Assembly: GCF_023276375.1 (NCBI RefSeq)
Contig: NZ_JALLPK010000001.1
Coordinates: 3,721,391-3,785,390, forward strand
Reading direction: 5' to 3'
DNA length: 64,000 nucleotides
From: Halocatena marina
GTDB lineage: Archaea; Halobacteriota; Halobacteria; Halobacteriales; Haloarculaceae
In this document: in pieces, positions 9,799 through 19,830 of the stretch
How positions within the stretch are numbered: position 1 is the first letter of the stretch
How the letters are laid out: every line of letters begins with the position of its first letter
Made by a program: the position numbers and the translations under genes
The notes under the pieces: model-generated
Told to the model about the DNA's origin: nothing
Database searches by the model: none
Seen by the model: only the letters and a program-made list of their open reading frames with translations

Positions 9799-10306
9799 GT
9801 TCGTCCGTCTGCTCGGTTGGCGATTAATACTGTCGGTTGTCCCCTCGTCTCGCTTCCAACGGATCGACAGATACATCGATCCGGTACGGAGGTCGAGAAC
9901 TGTGTTTGGTTACTGATTCTGTGGTCGATATTGAACGCACAGTGTGACCGTTCACGACCGCCAGCGAGTGCGAGACACCATATTTCCGCTGACTATGTTA
10001 CCAAAAACCACACCACACAAAGGCTTATACTCAGATGGACTCCACTTATGTGAGTGACAATGATGATCGTTTTCGTGTCCAACTGAGACGACTGCCGCCG
10101 TTTCACGCGTAGGCCCTCCGTCTTCGATTTCACGACAGTCGCACTGCTTATCCGTCTGCCGCAGCCGCGGCACTGTCTCGCTCTCGCTCCCGATTTGGAT
10201 TCGCTTCACGAATCCACCGAGCTGACAGTTGACAGCGCCCCTATGGCTGGATTTTCGTGATCTGGCTATTGGGTGAACTGCTCGTATTCCACCGACTACG
10301 ACAACG

Positions 10307-12187
10307 ATGACAAACGATACTGATCTCGACGATGATAGCGAAGAAAAGACGTTCGCCGTCCAGCGAGACCGGGTTGACGCTCCGATTCGCCGTCTGTTTG
10401 CAACCTATGGCAGAGAGCAGTGGTTTCCGCTCTCCGTTGGTCTTGTTGCGAGCTTAGCCGCGCATCTCCTCTCGCTCGTTCCACCGTACATTCTCGGCGT
10501 CGCTGTTGATGCGATTTTCAACCAGAACGATCTCTACGAACTCCCGTTGGTTCCACAATCGTGGATCCCGAACGATCCCATCGGACAGTTCTGGCTCTCT
10601 GCTGGACTGATCATTGCCACGTTTGTTGGCGGCGCGGTGGGCGCGTGGGTGAAGGGCTGGGGACTCAACGAATTTGCACAGTCCATCCAACACGAGATCC
10701 GCGTCGACACTTACGATGCAATGCAGCGGTTGGATCTCGGCTTTTTCGCCGAGAAACAGACGGGCGAGCTGATGAGCATCCTGAACAACGACGTCAACCG
10801 TCTCGAACAGTTCCTCAACGGCGGGCTGAACGTGATGACGATGATCGGCGTCACCGTTGTAGGCGTCACTGGGCTTCTCGTCTACATCAATTGGCAACTC
10901 GCGCTCGTGACGCTGGCGACGGTTCCGGTGGTCGCCGTGTTCACACACAAGTTCGTCCAGACCATTCAGCCAAAGTACAGCGAGGTCCGATCGACCGTCG
11001 GACGCCTCAACGCTCGACTCGAAAACAATCTCGGTGGCATCGAAGTCATCAAGGCTAGCAGCGCCGAAGATTATGAGTTCGATCGCGTCACCGACAGCTC
11101 TCAGGAGTACTACGACACGAACTGGGACGCTATTCGCACCCGCATTATGTTCTTCCCGGGGCTTCAGCTGAGTTCTGGCTTCGGCTTCGTGCTCACTTTC
11201 GTCGTTGGCGGCCTGTGGGTGTTTAACGGTCCGCCGCTTTTCTTCTCGGGCGGATTTTCGATTGGGAATTTCGTGACGTTCGTGTTTTTGAGTCAGCGAT
11301 TCGTCTGGCCGCTCGCACAGTTCGGGGAGTTCATCAACATGTATCAGCAGGCGGTCGCCTCCGCTGAGCGTGTCTTCGGATTGATGGACGAACCGAGCGG
11401 ACTCGATATCGACGACGACGCTCCCAATCTCACCGTTACAGAGGGCGTCGTCACATACGAGACCGTCACCTTCGGCTACGACGAGGAATCGATTGTAGAA
11501 GACGTGAACTTCACTGTCGGAGGCGGCGAGACGCTCGCGCTCGTCGGACCGACTGGTGCCGGAAAGTCCACCGTTTTGAAGCTCTTGTTACGGTTCTATG
11601 ACCTCGAAACGGGCACAATCCGTGTCGATGGCCGGGATATCCGTGACACCTCCCTCGTCAGCCTTCGTAAATCGATTGGCTACGTCAGTCAAGAGACGTT
11701 CCTCTTTGCGGGTACCGTCGCGGAGAACGTCGCATACGGCTCCTTCGAGGCGACACGACGGGACGTTATCGAGGCCGCAAAAGCCGCGAAAGCACACGAG
11801 TTCATCGAGGATCTGCCAGATGGATACGATACAGAGGTTGGCGAACGTGGCGTCAAACTATCGGGGGGCCAGCGCCAGCGCGTCGGTATCGCGCGAGTGC
11901 TGCTGCAAGATCCCGAAATCTTGCTCCTCGATGAGGCGACCAGCGATGTCGATACGGAAACAGAACTCCACATCCAAGAGAGCCTTGACGCTCTCTTGGA
12001 GGATCGAACCGTACTCGCCATCGCACACCGCCTCTCGACCATCAAGGATGCAGACACCATCCTCGTCCTTGAGGATGGTCAGGTGGTCGAGCGCGGCGAC
12101 CACCGAGCACTGATCGCACGGGATGGGCTGTACGCCGACCTCTGGGGAGTACAAGCCGGAATGATCGAGGATATTCCGTCGCGGTAA
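10307..12187 (+). CDS. ABC transporter, fused permease/ATP-binding protein (type I exporter, MdlB/Atm1-like)
   Basis: Six-TM ABC_membrane domain followed by Walker A GPTGAGKST, ABC signature LSGGQRQR, Walker B ILLLDEATS and H-loop AHRLS. Confidence 0.9.
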   Translation: MTNDTDLDDDSEEKTFAVQRDRVDAPIRRLFATYGREQWFPLSVGLVASLAAHLLSLVPPYILGVAVDAIFNQNDLYELPLVPQSWIPNDPIGQFWLSAGLIIATFVGGAVGAWVKGWGLNEFAQSIQHEIRVDTYDAMQRLDLGFFAEKQTGELMSILNNDVNRLEQFLNGGLNVMTMIGVTVVGVTGLLVYINWQLALVTLATVPVVAVFTHKFVQTIQPKYSEVRSTVGRLNARLENNLGGIEVIKASSAEDYEFDRVTDSSQEYYDTNWDAIRTRIMFFPGLQLSSGFGFVLTFVVGGLWVFNGPPLFFSGGFSIGNFVTFVFLSQRFVWPLAQFGEFINMYQQAVASAERVFGLMDEPSGLDIDDDAPNLTVTEGVVTYETVTFGYDEESIVEDVNFTVGGGETLALVGPTGAGKSTVLKLLLRFYDLETGTIRVDGRDIRDTSLVSLRKSIGYVSQETFLFAGTVAENVAYGSFEATRRDVIEAAKAAKAHEFIEDLPDGYDTEVGERGVKLSGGQRQRVGIARVLLQDPEILLLDEATSDVDTETELHIQESLDALLEDRTVLAIAHRLSTIKDADTILVLEDGQVVERGDHRALIARDGLYADLWGVQAGMIEDIPSR

Positions 12188-12238
12188 CGGTACGCACCCA
12201 CGGTCCGTATTTTAGTATCCGAGGATCGAAACCCGACC

Positions 12239-12676
12239 ATGAAGGAGTACGAACGGAAGCAGCTCCTCGAACGGATCGACCGCGAGGGTGCGACGGTGGG
12301 GTCGTCAATCCCGGAGACGATCGACGTGCAGGGTGAGGAAATAAATCTTCGAGCGTTCGTCTTCGAGACAAAACGACGCGCGACCGTGCCGCCGGGAGAG
12401 CAAGATCGTCTCGACCGGGTGAAACGGAATCTCAGGCGCGAGCGACTCCAGCGCAGACAGCGCATCGAGGACGATGCGGTCACCTTCGAGACTGGCAAGC
12501 AACTGGTTGAGAGCATCATTGGTATCGAGCGGGCGCTCTCAGCACTCGACTCGCTCGAACGGCCGGACATCGAACGAGAGATCGAGGCGAAGGAGGCGGC
12601 CGATACGAAGCGGTGGACGAAGTTCCTGAAACAGGTGCTCGGAAGTGACACGAACACACCACGGAGGAATCGATGA
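12239..12676 (+). CDS. Charged coiled-coil hypothetical protein, translationally coupled to polX
   Basis: 145 aa, rich in R/E with heptad-like periodicity. Its stop overlaps the polX start (ATGA at 12673-12676). Confidence 0.5.
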   Translation: MKEYERKQLLERIDREGATVGSSIPETIDVQGEEINLRAFVFETKRRATVPPGEQDRLDRVKRNLRRERLQRRQRIEDDAVTFETGKQLVESIIGIERALSALDSLERPDIEREIEAKEAADTKRWTKFLKQVLGSDTNTPRRNR

Positions 12677-14418
12677 CTGTTCGGAACGACGAGCTGGCCG
12701 CCCAATTCGAGGAGATGGCAGATCTTCTCGAAGCCCAAAACGTCGAGTACAAACCCGTTGCCTACCGCCGTGCAGCAGAAAACATCCGGGAATATCCGGA
12801 GAACGTCGCGCATCTCTCACAGGAGAGCCAGAGCGCCGTTGAGCGGATCGACCGCGTCGGCGAAGCAATAGCCGAGAAGATCGTCGAATACGTTGAGACC
12901 GGAACTATAGCCGAGCTCGAAGAGCTCAGAGACGAGCTCCCTGTTGACATGGCTGGGATCACGAGCGTCGAAGGCGTCGGTCCGAAGACGGTCGGTACAC
13001 TGTATGAAGCTCTCGACGTACGAACGCTCGACGATCTCGAAACTGCGGCACGTGAAGCGAACATTCGGGATGTGAAAGGCTTCGGTCCCAAGACCGAAGA
13101 GAACATTCTTGCGAACATTGATTTCGCGCGTGAGTCACGTCAGCGCCAACTCCTTGGAGAAAGTGTCCCGCTTAGTACAGATATCACGGCGTATCTCTCC
13201 GACACTGGTCCCGTCGATCGCTGTGACGTGGCAGGCTCACTTCGACGCTGGCGATCGACGATCGGCGATATAGACGTTCTCGTCGCAAGCGCAGACGCAC
13301 CGAAAGTTGTCGAGGCGTTCACTGATTGGCCGGACGCAGACGAGGTTATCGAAGCAGGGACGAGCAAAGCAAGTGTTCGATCGAACGGTGTCCGCGTCGA
13401 TCTCCGCGTTGTCGTTCCGGACGAGTTCGGTGCCGCGCTCCAGTATTTCACTGGGAGCAGGGATCACAACATCGCGATTCGGAACCGTGCCATCGACAGG
13501 GGTCTGAAAATAAATGAGTACGGCGTCTTCGACATCACAGACGTAGACGATCCTGATGCAGGACAACGCGTTGGTGAGCGAATCGCTGGTAAAACCGAGG
13601 CTGACGTGTACGAAACACTCGATTTGCCGTTGATCCCGGCAGAGCTTCGAGAAGCTCGTGGCGAAATTGAGGCTGCGGCCACAGACAAGCTCCCCGAGCT
13701 GATTTCGGTTGATGACATTCGGGGGGATCTTCATCTCCACACTGAATGGTCGGACGGACGAAATAGCATCGAAGAGATGGTTGCTGGAGCCGAGGAACGG
13801 GGCTATGAGTATCTCTGTATCACCGACCACGCGAGTGGTCCGGGGATGGTTGGTGGCGTTGGACTCTCGGATGACGAACTCGAAGAACAGCTGGCCGTGA
13901 TCCGTGAGACCGGAGACGATGCAGCTATCGAGGTGTTCGCTGGTGTCGAAACAAACATCGACGAAAATGGCAGCGTTTCTACCAGTGATGCGATCCTCGA
14001 ACAGCTCGATTGCGTCGTCGCATCGCCACACTTCGCGCTTGATGGCGACGGCACAGATCGACTCATCGCTGCCGCCGAACATCCTGACGTCGATATCATC
14101 GGCCATCCGACTGGCCGCCAGTTGAACCGCCGGTCGGGACTCGATATCGATGTCTCGAAACTGGCGAACGCCGCAGCGAGAACGGAGACGGCGCTCGAAA
14201 TTAATGCCAATCCTCACCGTCTTGATCTCCGCGGGGGTGCGGTGCAGGTCGCAGTTGAGATGGGTGCGACTGTCGTCATCGATACAGACGCACACCGTCC
14301 GTCGAGCTACGACTACGTTCGCTACGGCGTTCACACTGCCCGTCGTGGATGGGCCGAACCCACTGACGTGCTTACCACTTGGAATGCTGATGCTGTCAGA
14401 ACGTTTTTCGAGTCGTGA
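12673..14418 (+). CDS. polX: DNA polymerase X family protein with C-terminal PHP (polymerase/histidinol phosphatase) domain
   Basis: N-terminal Pol-beta-like region with helix-hairpin-helix motifs (GVGPKT, GFGPKT) and the nucleotidyltransferase motif GSLRRW...DIDVLV. The C-terminus has PHP motifs (DLHLHTEWSDG...CITDH). Confidence 0.9.
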   Translation: MTVRNDELAAQFEEMADLLEAQNVEYKPVAYRRAAENIREYPENVAHLSQESQSAVERIDRVGEAIAEKIVEYVETGTIAELEELRDELPVDMAGITSVEGVGPKTVGTLYEALDVRTLDDLETAAREANIRDVKGFGPKTEENILANIDFARESRQRQLLGESVPLSTDITAYLSDTGPVDRCDVAGSLRRWRSTIGDIDVLVASADAPKVVEAFTDWPDADEVIEAGTSKASVRSNGVRVDLRVVVPDEFGAALQYFTGSRDHNIAIRNRAIDRGLKINEYGVFDITDVDDPDAGQRVGERIAGKTEADVYETLDLPLIPAELREARGEIEAAATDKLPELISVDDIRGDLHLHTEWSDGRNSIEEMVAGAEERGYEYLCITDHASGPGMVGGVGLSDDELEEQLAVIRETGDDAAIEVFAGVETNIDENGSVSTSDAILEQLDCVVASPHFALDGDGTDRLIAAAEHPDVDIIGHPTGRQLNRRSGLDIDVSKLANAAARTETALEINANPHRLDLRGGAVQVAVEMGATVVIDTDAHRPSSYDYVRYGVHTARRGWAEPTDVLTTWNADAVRTFFES

Positions 14419-14731
14419 GTTGGTTGGATATTCAATATCTATAATTTGATACTAATTATATAAAGGCGTGTGTTTCGATTCATTGCTGTGATGTCTAATC
14501 GAGGAAGAATCATCATTTGATAACTATTTGTGATAAGTTTCTTATATGAGGGTTGATTAACGACAACTCCCAAAACCACAATATACCATGGATCTGCATA
14601 GACACATTAGAAATAATACATACGAATCATTCGTAACTATGCTATAACATCTGTCTGTGATATTCTAGAGCAGGATCAAATAGATGCTTTACTGTGGATA
14701 AGGTATATAGCTATTCTCCAATCAGTCCTGA

Positions 14732-15151
14732 ATGATGCCCACCCGGATGACCTCCACTTTCGAGTTCCTCTTTGGGAGGTCATGGGTTGTCTCGCTACGG
14801 ATTATTGCAGTTGGTGTGTTTCTCTCGATAAGTATTGGTCTGATCGGGCGGCTGATCCCGTTGGGTGCGATTGTCGTTTATCGATCAGAGATTGCAGGTG
14901 TTCTTGCTAGTATGGCATTCCTCAGTGGAGCAGGAGCGATCGCCTACTTCAATTCTGGCTACGTTGTGATATTACTGATTCAGGTACTTCTTCTGCTTGG
15001 ATTATTTACCAGCGGTGGTGTCGCAGTGTTTCCCGGGTCGAGTATGGTCGAACAGTTTCAACTGAAAATCCAATTTGCAATTGTAATCGGTCTCTTGCTC
15101 AGTACTATCGGATACGCCGTTGGTGGTGCTGTTCGGTCTATTCGAAGCTGA
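14732..15151 (+). CDS. Small polytopic membrane protein (4 predicted TM helices), hypothetical
   Basis: 139 aa with hydrophobic helices (IIAVGVFLSISIGLIGRLIPLGAIVV..., VVILLIQVLLLLGLF..., FAIVIGLLLSTIGYAVGGAV). It sits in the low-GC islet and shows atypical codon usage. Confidence 0.4.
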   Translation: MMPTRMTSTFEFLFGRSWVVSLRIIAVGVFLSISIGLIGRLIPLGAIVVYRSEIAGVLASMAFLSGAGAIAYFNSGYVVILLIQVLLLLGLFTSGGVAVFPGSSMVEQFQLKIQFAIVIGLLLSTIGYAVGGAVRSIRS

Positions 15152-15514
15152 TTACCTATGAGAAACTGTGACCGTAGAATGGTACTCTCTCAAATGCTGG
15201 TCGATAAGCAGTCACGAAAACGAGTTGGCTGATAATGTCTTGCCGCAAGAAACACCATCCGAAAACAATTATATGGATTTTGTATTTGTTGGTGTAATTA
15301 GATATGAATGTGATATAAAATATGACAGTGGAGAAATTCATACCTCGGTTAAATAAAATAGCATTGGATAAATTGAAATATGATGATTGTGAATTAGATT
15401 ACCGAGTCTTGATATTCACCGCGGAAAATGGTGGCTGTTGAGTCATATCATGTTTCGAACCTATAATGCAACTTCGACAATCTATTTTACGAATGTGACA
15501 GTACTCCGAGTCAG

Positions 15515-16660
15515 ATGATGTTAGATGACCTTGTACGTCCATCGACCAACAAGATCCATGGTGAGACGTACCCAGGAATGAGCCGACGCCGTTTGTTATC
15601 TTCTCTTTCTGGATTGGGATTTACACAGGTTTCAGCAAAATTTATCACGAGGGAGGACATTGACAACGCAGCTTCTGATGAAGTTCCGATTGTCACTGGG
15701 TTCTACAGTGATGATCCAACATCGGAGACAACTGCGTACAAAGAGTATGTGCCAGCTGATTGGTACAACGAATTTCGTCACGCAACACAGATAAAACAGC
15801 AATTAGAGAGTTCTCTCATCCAAATTCCTGGTGTCGTTAGTGTCGGTGTCGTTCCTGGAGAACGTGGAGGGGAGAGTTCTCACGTCGTCGTCAGAATCCA
15901 AGAAAATGTGCTGGGGACGATTCTTGGAGATATCCCGACACTGATCGATGGTATCGAGATCAGTGTCGAACCAGTCAACGAGTTCCGATCCCTGAGTTGT
16001 GCCGGGAGTCTTCGAAATTGGAATGCTTCTCAGTCGTCGATTTATGGCGGATATGAAGTTTGGGGAGACGCATCGAAACCGATTGGAACCGTTGGTGCGC
16101 CAGCGTTCAAAAATGGTCGTCGATATCTCGCTACGTGCAAGCACATTTTTTCGGGGAAAAATTCCACTGGGAAGATATTGAGACACCCAAATGGGGCTCG
16201 ACTCGGGAAAGTTAGTAAGAGTCGTTGTATGGAGGACTTTGCCATGGTGTCTCTCGATCCGGGCCATTATATTGAACGTAACATTCGTCATTCGGGATTT
16301 CGTGGGATCTCTGGTCATTATTCGCATGACGGATTAGCAAATCTCAAGAGTCGAAGAGTGAAGACCCGGAAAGTTGGTCGGACCACGTGTCGGACCACCT
16401 TCGGACGGATCCAATCCACCGCCGAGACGATTTTCACTGCACCGGGTTGTGTACCAAAACCCTACTCAGTGTTTCACAAGGACCAAAGCTCAGGGAACGA
16501 TCTCAAACAAGGCGACAGTGGGTCTATCAGCTTCTATAAAGCTCCGAACAATAGTAATAAATGTTGGTTGGTGAGCTTCATAAATTATGAGGATGCAGGC
16601 ACGAATGATGTTTTCGGGATTGGTCTCTATCGCCTAGCCGATTTTGGATACAGTTTTTAA
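15515..16660 (+). CDS. Secreted chymotrypsin-fold (S1 family, streptogrisin/alpha-lytic-like) serine protease with a Tat signal peptide
   Basis: N-terminal twin-arginine signal MSRRRLLSSLSGLGFTQVSA. Candidate catalytic His in LATCKHIF, Asp in DFAMVSLD, and the Ser motif KQGDSGSISF (GDSGx). A roughly 100 aa segment between the signal and the catalytic domain could be a pro-region. Confidence 0.6.
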   Translation: MMLDDLVRPSTNKIHGETYPGMSRRRLLSSLSGLGFTQVSAKFITREDIDNAASDEVPIVTGFYSDDPTSETTAYKEYVPADWYNEFRHATQIKQQLESSLIQIPGVVSVGVVPGERGGESSHVVVRIQENVLGTILGDIPTLIDGIEISVEPVNEFRSLSCAGSLRNWNASQSSIYGGYEVWGDASKPIGTVGAPAFKNGRRYLATCKHIFSGKNSTGKILRHPNGARLGKVSKSRCMEDFAMVSLDPGHYIERNIRHSGFRGISGHYSHDGLANLKSRRVKTRKVGRTTCRTTFGRIQSTAETIFTAPGCVPKPYSVFHKDQSSGNDLKQGDSGSISFYKAPNNSNKCWLVSFINYEDAGTNDVFGIGLYRLADFGYSF

Positions 16661-16745
16661 TAAGACATACTGTATCATTCACATCTAATAAATATAGTTT
16701 GTCTTCTCGTAATTCGCTCGGCGATGTTGACGCGACGGAATTCTC

Positions 16746-17621
16746 TTATCCCCATTCAATCCCCATCGCGCCTCCAATGATGAATTCGAGCGCGTTCACG
16801 AGATAGTGCGCAACGACAACAGCGAGAAGACTGTTGGTGTAAATGAATACGACTGCTAGTGCGAATCCGAGGATTCCCGTAACGAGAATTCCGAGTCGAC
16901 CTTGCGCGCCGTGACCGACCGCGAACGCCACAGACGAGCCCCCGGCGAGGAACCAGGGGGAGATCGCAAAGCCAGAACTCAGAACACCGATCAACACTCC
17001 TCGAAAGAGTAACTCCTCAAAGCCAGCGATAATTGGAAGGACGCCACAGAGCAAGAGAACCCAACCAGCAGGCGTCTCTGGAGTCAAGAGATCGCGTAGT
17101 TGCTCTTCGTATTCATAGCCAAGTGCAGTCGCACTCGCAGCACCGACAGCGTTAGCTGCATAGAGTCCAAGACCAGTCACAACACCGACCCCGACCGCCA
17201 ACAGACCAACACTCAATGGATCCCGAACATCAAGACCGAGTGCCGCTGGTGGAATTGCTGTATACCACGCACCGGCAACGAGAATAAACCCAAACAAACC
17301 CTGCGAGAGTGCAACGTTGGCGAGCAACATTCCCGCAGAGAACTGTGGTTGGGTCGGAGCCTCATCACTCGGCGAGCTCAACTGACGATTTGAATTTGAA
17401 TTTGAATTCGTATTCTCGGTAGTATTGGTGCTGATCTCTGCTTCGTTCTGCTGGTCGCTGTCCTTTGTCGTGAACGCCTCAGTCTCGTGGTTGCTGTTCG
17501 ACTGTGGTGTTGATTCGTTGGGGCGCTCACTCATGTCTTGGCCTTGTGAAAGGCGAGCAAGCGACAGTAAGAGAACGAGGACGACGCCCGTCAACCCCGA
17601 AAACGCCGTCCAATTGGGCAC
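16746..17621 (-). CDS. CPBP family intramembrane glutamic endopeptidase (CAAX protease/Abi domain)
   Basis: C-terminal polytopic domain with the EELLFRG, FAVGH and HYLVN motifs. The N-terminus is a low-complexity Ser/Asn/Thr-rich linker after a signal/TM segment. It lies 3 nt downstream of lonB on the same strand. Confidence 0.8.
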   Translation of the reverse strand: MPNWTAFSGLTGVVLVLLLSLARLSQGQDMSERPNESTPQSNSNHETEAFTTKDSDQQNEAEISTNTTENTNSNSNSNRQLSSPSDEAPTQPQFSAGMLLANVALSQGLFGFILVAGAWYTAIPPAALGLDVRDPLSVGLLAVGVGVVTGLGLYAANAVGAASATALGYEYEEQLRDLLTPETPAGWVLLLCGVLPIIAGFEELLFRGVLIGVLSSGFAISPWFLAGGSSVAFAVGHGAQGRLGILVTGILGFALAVVFIYTNSLLAVVVAHYLVNALEFIIGGAMGIEWG

Positions 17622-17624
17622 GCG

Positions 17625-19673
17625 TTATTGTGGGCTCGGGCTGCCGGGGCCGGTGGCAGAGCCCGATTCGAGTGCTTGTCCGGTAATGCTCTTGAGACGG
17701 TCGACGAGCGAGTCCTTTTCTGGTTCACCAACCAGCGCGATGTCGAGCACTTCGCTGATGTGTGAGACTGGAATGATCTCGATCATTTCCTTGTACTCGT
17801 CTTCGATCATCACGTCTTGCATGTTCGCGGCGGGGATGATGACTGTCTCCACCCCGGCCTTGGCGGCGGCCTCAATCTTGTGAGTCACGCCACCGACGGG
17901 GAGAACGTCACCGCGAACCGACAGTGAACCAGTCATCGCAACGCTCTGATCGATCGGGATGTCCTCCAACGAGCTGATGACGGCTGTGGCCATTGTGACG
18001 CTTGCAGAGTCGCCTTCAACTCCTTCGTAGGACTGCACGTACTGGATGTGGATGTCCCTCTTGGAAATGTCCTCATCAGAGAACTTCTTGATGATGGCAG
18101 AGACGTTCTGAACAGCTTCCTGTGCAATGTCCTGAAGGTTACCAGTTGCGATAACCTCACCAGGTCCCTGTGAAGGAGCAACCTCGGCCATCACCGGCAT
18201 CACGATGCCGGAGTCTTCGCCCATGACTGCAAGGCCGTTGACCCGACCTCCGACGTTCCCTTGCGCGATGGTCATATCGTAATCTTTGCGCCGCTCGATG
18301 TAATCATCGGCAAGCTGCTGTTCGATAGAGCGCGAACGTCCTTTCGCCTGCAGAACGTGGTCTCGGGTCGTGAACTCAGCATCCTCAGCGCGGGCGATGT
18401 CACCTGCAACTCGTACGAGTCCACCGAGGGCTCGCAGTTCGAGCGTCAGGTGCCCCTTGCGACCGGAGCGACGCCGCGCTTCGAGGATGAGTTCTTCGGC
18501 GGCAGTGCGGGTGAAATGCGGTAGTCGGCCGTCTTTCTTAACTTCCTGAGCGATGAAGCGAGAGTACTTCCGGCGCATCTCCGGTGTATCCTCGATGGTG
18601 TCATCCATGTACACCTCGTACCCGTAGCCTTTGATACGGTTCCGGAGTGCTGGGTGCATATTCTCCATCGCATCGAGGTTCCCCGCAGCGACCATGATGA
18701 AGTCCGTCGGAACCGGTTCGGTCTGGACCATCGCGCCCGAGGAGCGCTCGGACTGCCCCGTGATCGAGAACTCACCTTCCTGAATGGCAGTCATCAGCTT
18801 TTGCTGTGACCTGATATCGAGGGTGTTGATCTCGTCGATGAACAGCACGCCTTTGTTCGACTTGTGAATGGCACCAGGCTCAACGCGATCGTGGCTCGGT
18901 GTCTCCATCCCACCTGACTGGAATGGGTCGTGTCGAACGTCCCCGAGCAGCGCGCCAGCGTGTGCGCCTGTTGCGTCCTCGAACGGGGCCGTCTGCTTAT
19001 CGGCGTTGTTCACGAGCAGATTCGGGATCATCGCGTCGCTGCCGCGACTGCTGTAGCGGAAGACGAGATAGATGATTCCTGCTGCAAGAATCCCGATGAG
19101 AAGCTGCTGGCGAAGGATCAACGCGTACCCAAGGACGATCGCGATGATAATCCACATGAGGAACGACCGCATTTGGTTGCGCTTTCTGGCTTCCTCTTTA
19201 TGTGCATCGACGATCTGGTCGCCTTTTCCTGCTGGCACCGTCCGGATCTTCGGCTCATTCCCGTCGTCGGGATTGTGGTAGACCAATATGTCTTGGAGTT
19301 CTTCTCGTGGGAGAAGCTGGCTCATCGCCTTTGCGAGCATCGACTTGCCCGTGCCCGGTGACCCGATCATCATCACGTGGCGGCGCTGTTTGGCCGCTTT
19401 CAGGACGATGTCTCGGGCGTGATCCTGTCCGATGACCTGATCGACGAGCCGATCTGGCACCTCAATGTCGGCGGTAGTATCAATTTTTAGGCCGCCGAGC
19501 AGGTCGTCTTCGGCCATCTCTTCGTCGATCTTCTCCTCGTTGATCTGCTCTTCGCCAATCTGCTCCCCGCCGACTTCGCGAACGACCTCGGCGGATCGGT
19601 CTCCCGACTCGGATAGCGAATCGCTTGTCCCCCCGCTCCCCGGAAGAGCCTCATCTGGGTTGTTATCGCTCAT
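17625..19673 (-). CDS. lonB: Archaeal membrane-bound Lon protease (LonB)
   Basis: AAA+ Walker A GSPGTGKSM, a membrane-anchoring insertion with two TM helices (LMWIIIAIVLGYALI..., LIGILAAGIIYLV), and a C-terminal Lon protease domain with the catalytic Ser (VDGDSASVTMATAVIS). Confidence 0.95.
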   Translation of the reverse strand: MSDNNPDEALPGSGGTSDSLSESGDRSAEVVREVGGEQIGEEQINEEKIDEEMAEDDLLGGLKIDTTADIEVPDRLVDQVIGQDHARDIVLKAAKQRRHVMMIGSPGTGKSMLAKAMSQLLPREELQDILVYHNPDDGNEPKIRTVPAGKGDQIVDAHKEEARKRNQMRSFLMWIIIAIVLGYALILRQQLLIGILAAGIIYLVFRYSSRGSDAMIPNLLVNNADKQTAPFEDATGAHAGALLGDVRHDPFQSGGMETPSHDRVEPGAIHKSNKGVLFIDEINTLDIRSQQKLMTAIQEGEFSITGQSERSSGAMVQTEPVPTDFIMVAAGNLDAMENMHPALRNRIKGYGYEVYMDDTIEDTPEMRRKYSRFIAQEVKKDGRLPHFTRTAAEELILEARRRSGRKGHLTLELRALGGLVRVAGDIARAEDAEFTTRDHVLQAKGRSRSIEQQLADDYIERRKDYDMTIAQGNVGGRVNGLAVMGEDSGIVMPVMAEVAPSQGPGEVIATGNLQDIAQEAVQNVSAIIKKFSDEDISKRDIHIQYVQSYEGVEGDSASVTMATAVISSLEDIPIDQSVAMTGSLSVRGDVLPVGGVTHKIEAAAKAGVETVIIPAANMQDVMIEDEYKEMIEIIPVSHISEVLDIALVGEPEKDSLVDRLKSITGQALESGSATGPGSPSPQ

Positions 19674-19830
19674 AGAACCGTGCTCTCATCATATAGGATG
19701 TGATGTTTACTGATATACTTTCTCCCCTCTTTCTCGTATCTGTCTGTCGAAATCGCCACCCATGAGAGTGACTGACAGCATTTTCGGCTCGACCGAAGGA
19801 CGTTGGGCTTATTAAACGTCCGGGTGAGGT

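Larger units (their letters stand above)
14419..16745. other. Low-GC islet (roughly 30-48% GC against a 63% background) inserted between polX and the CPBP-lonB operon
   Basis: There is an abrupt compositional drop immediately after the polX stop. Two spacers of 300-360 bp are extremely AT-rich (14420-14730 and 15152-15514). Normal GC composition resumes at 16746. Confidence 0.6.

Noticed and set aside
13237-14334. 365 aa - strand ORF inside polX
   Set aside because: Antisense of the PolX-PHP gene, with no motifs and Arg/Cys-rich composition.
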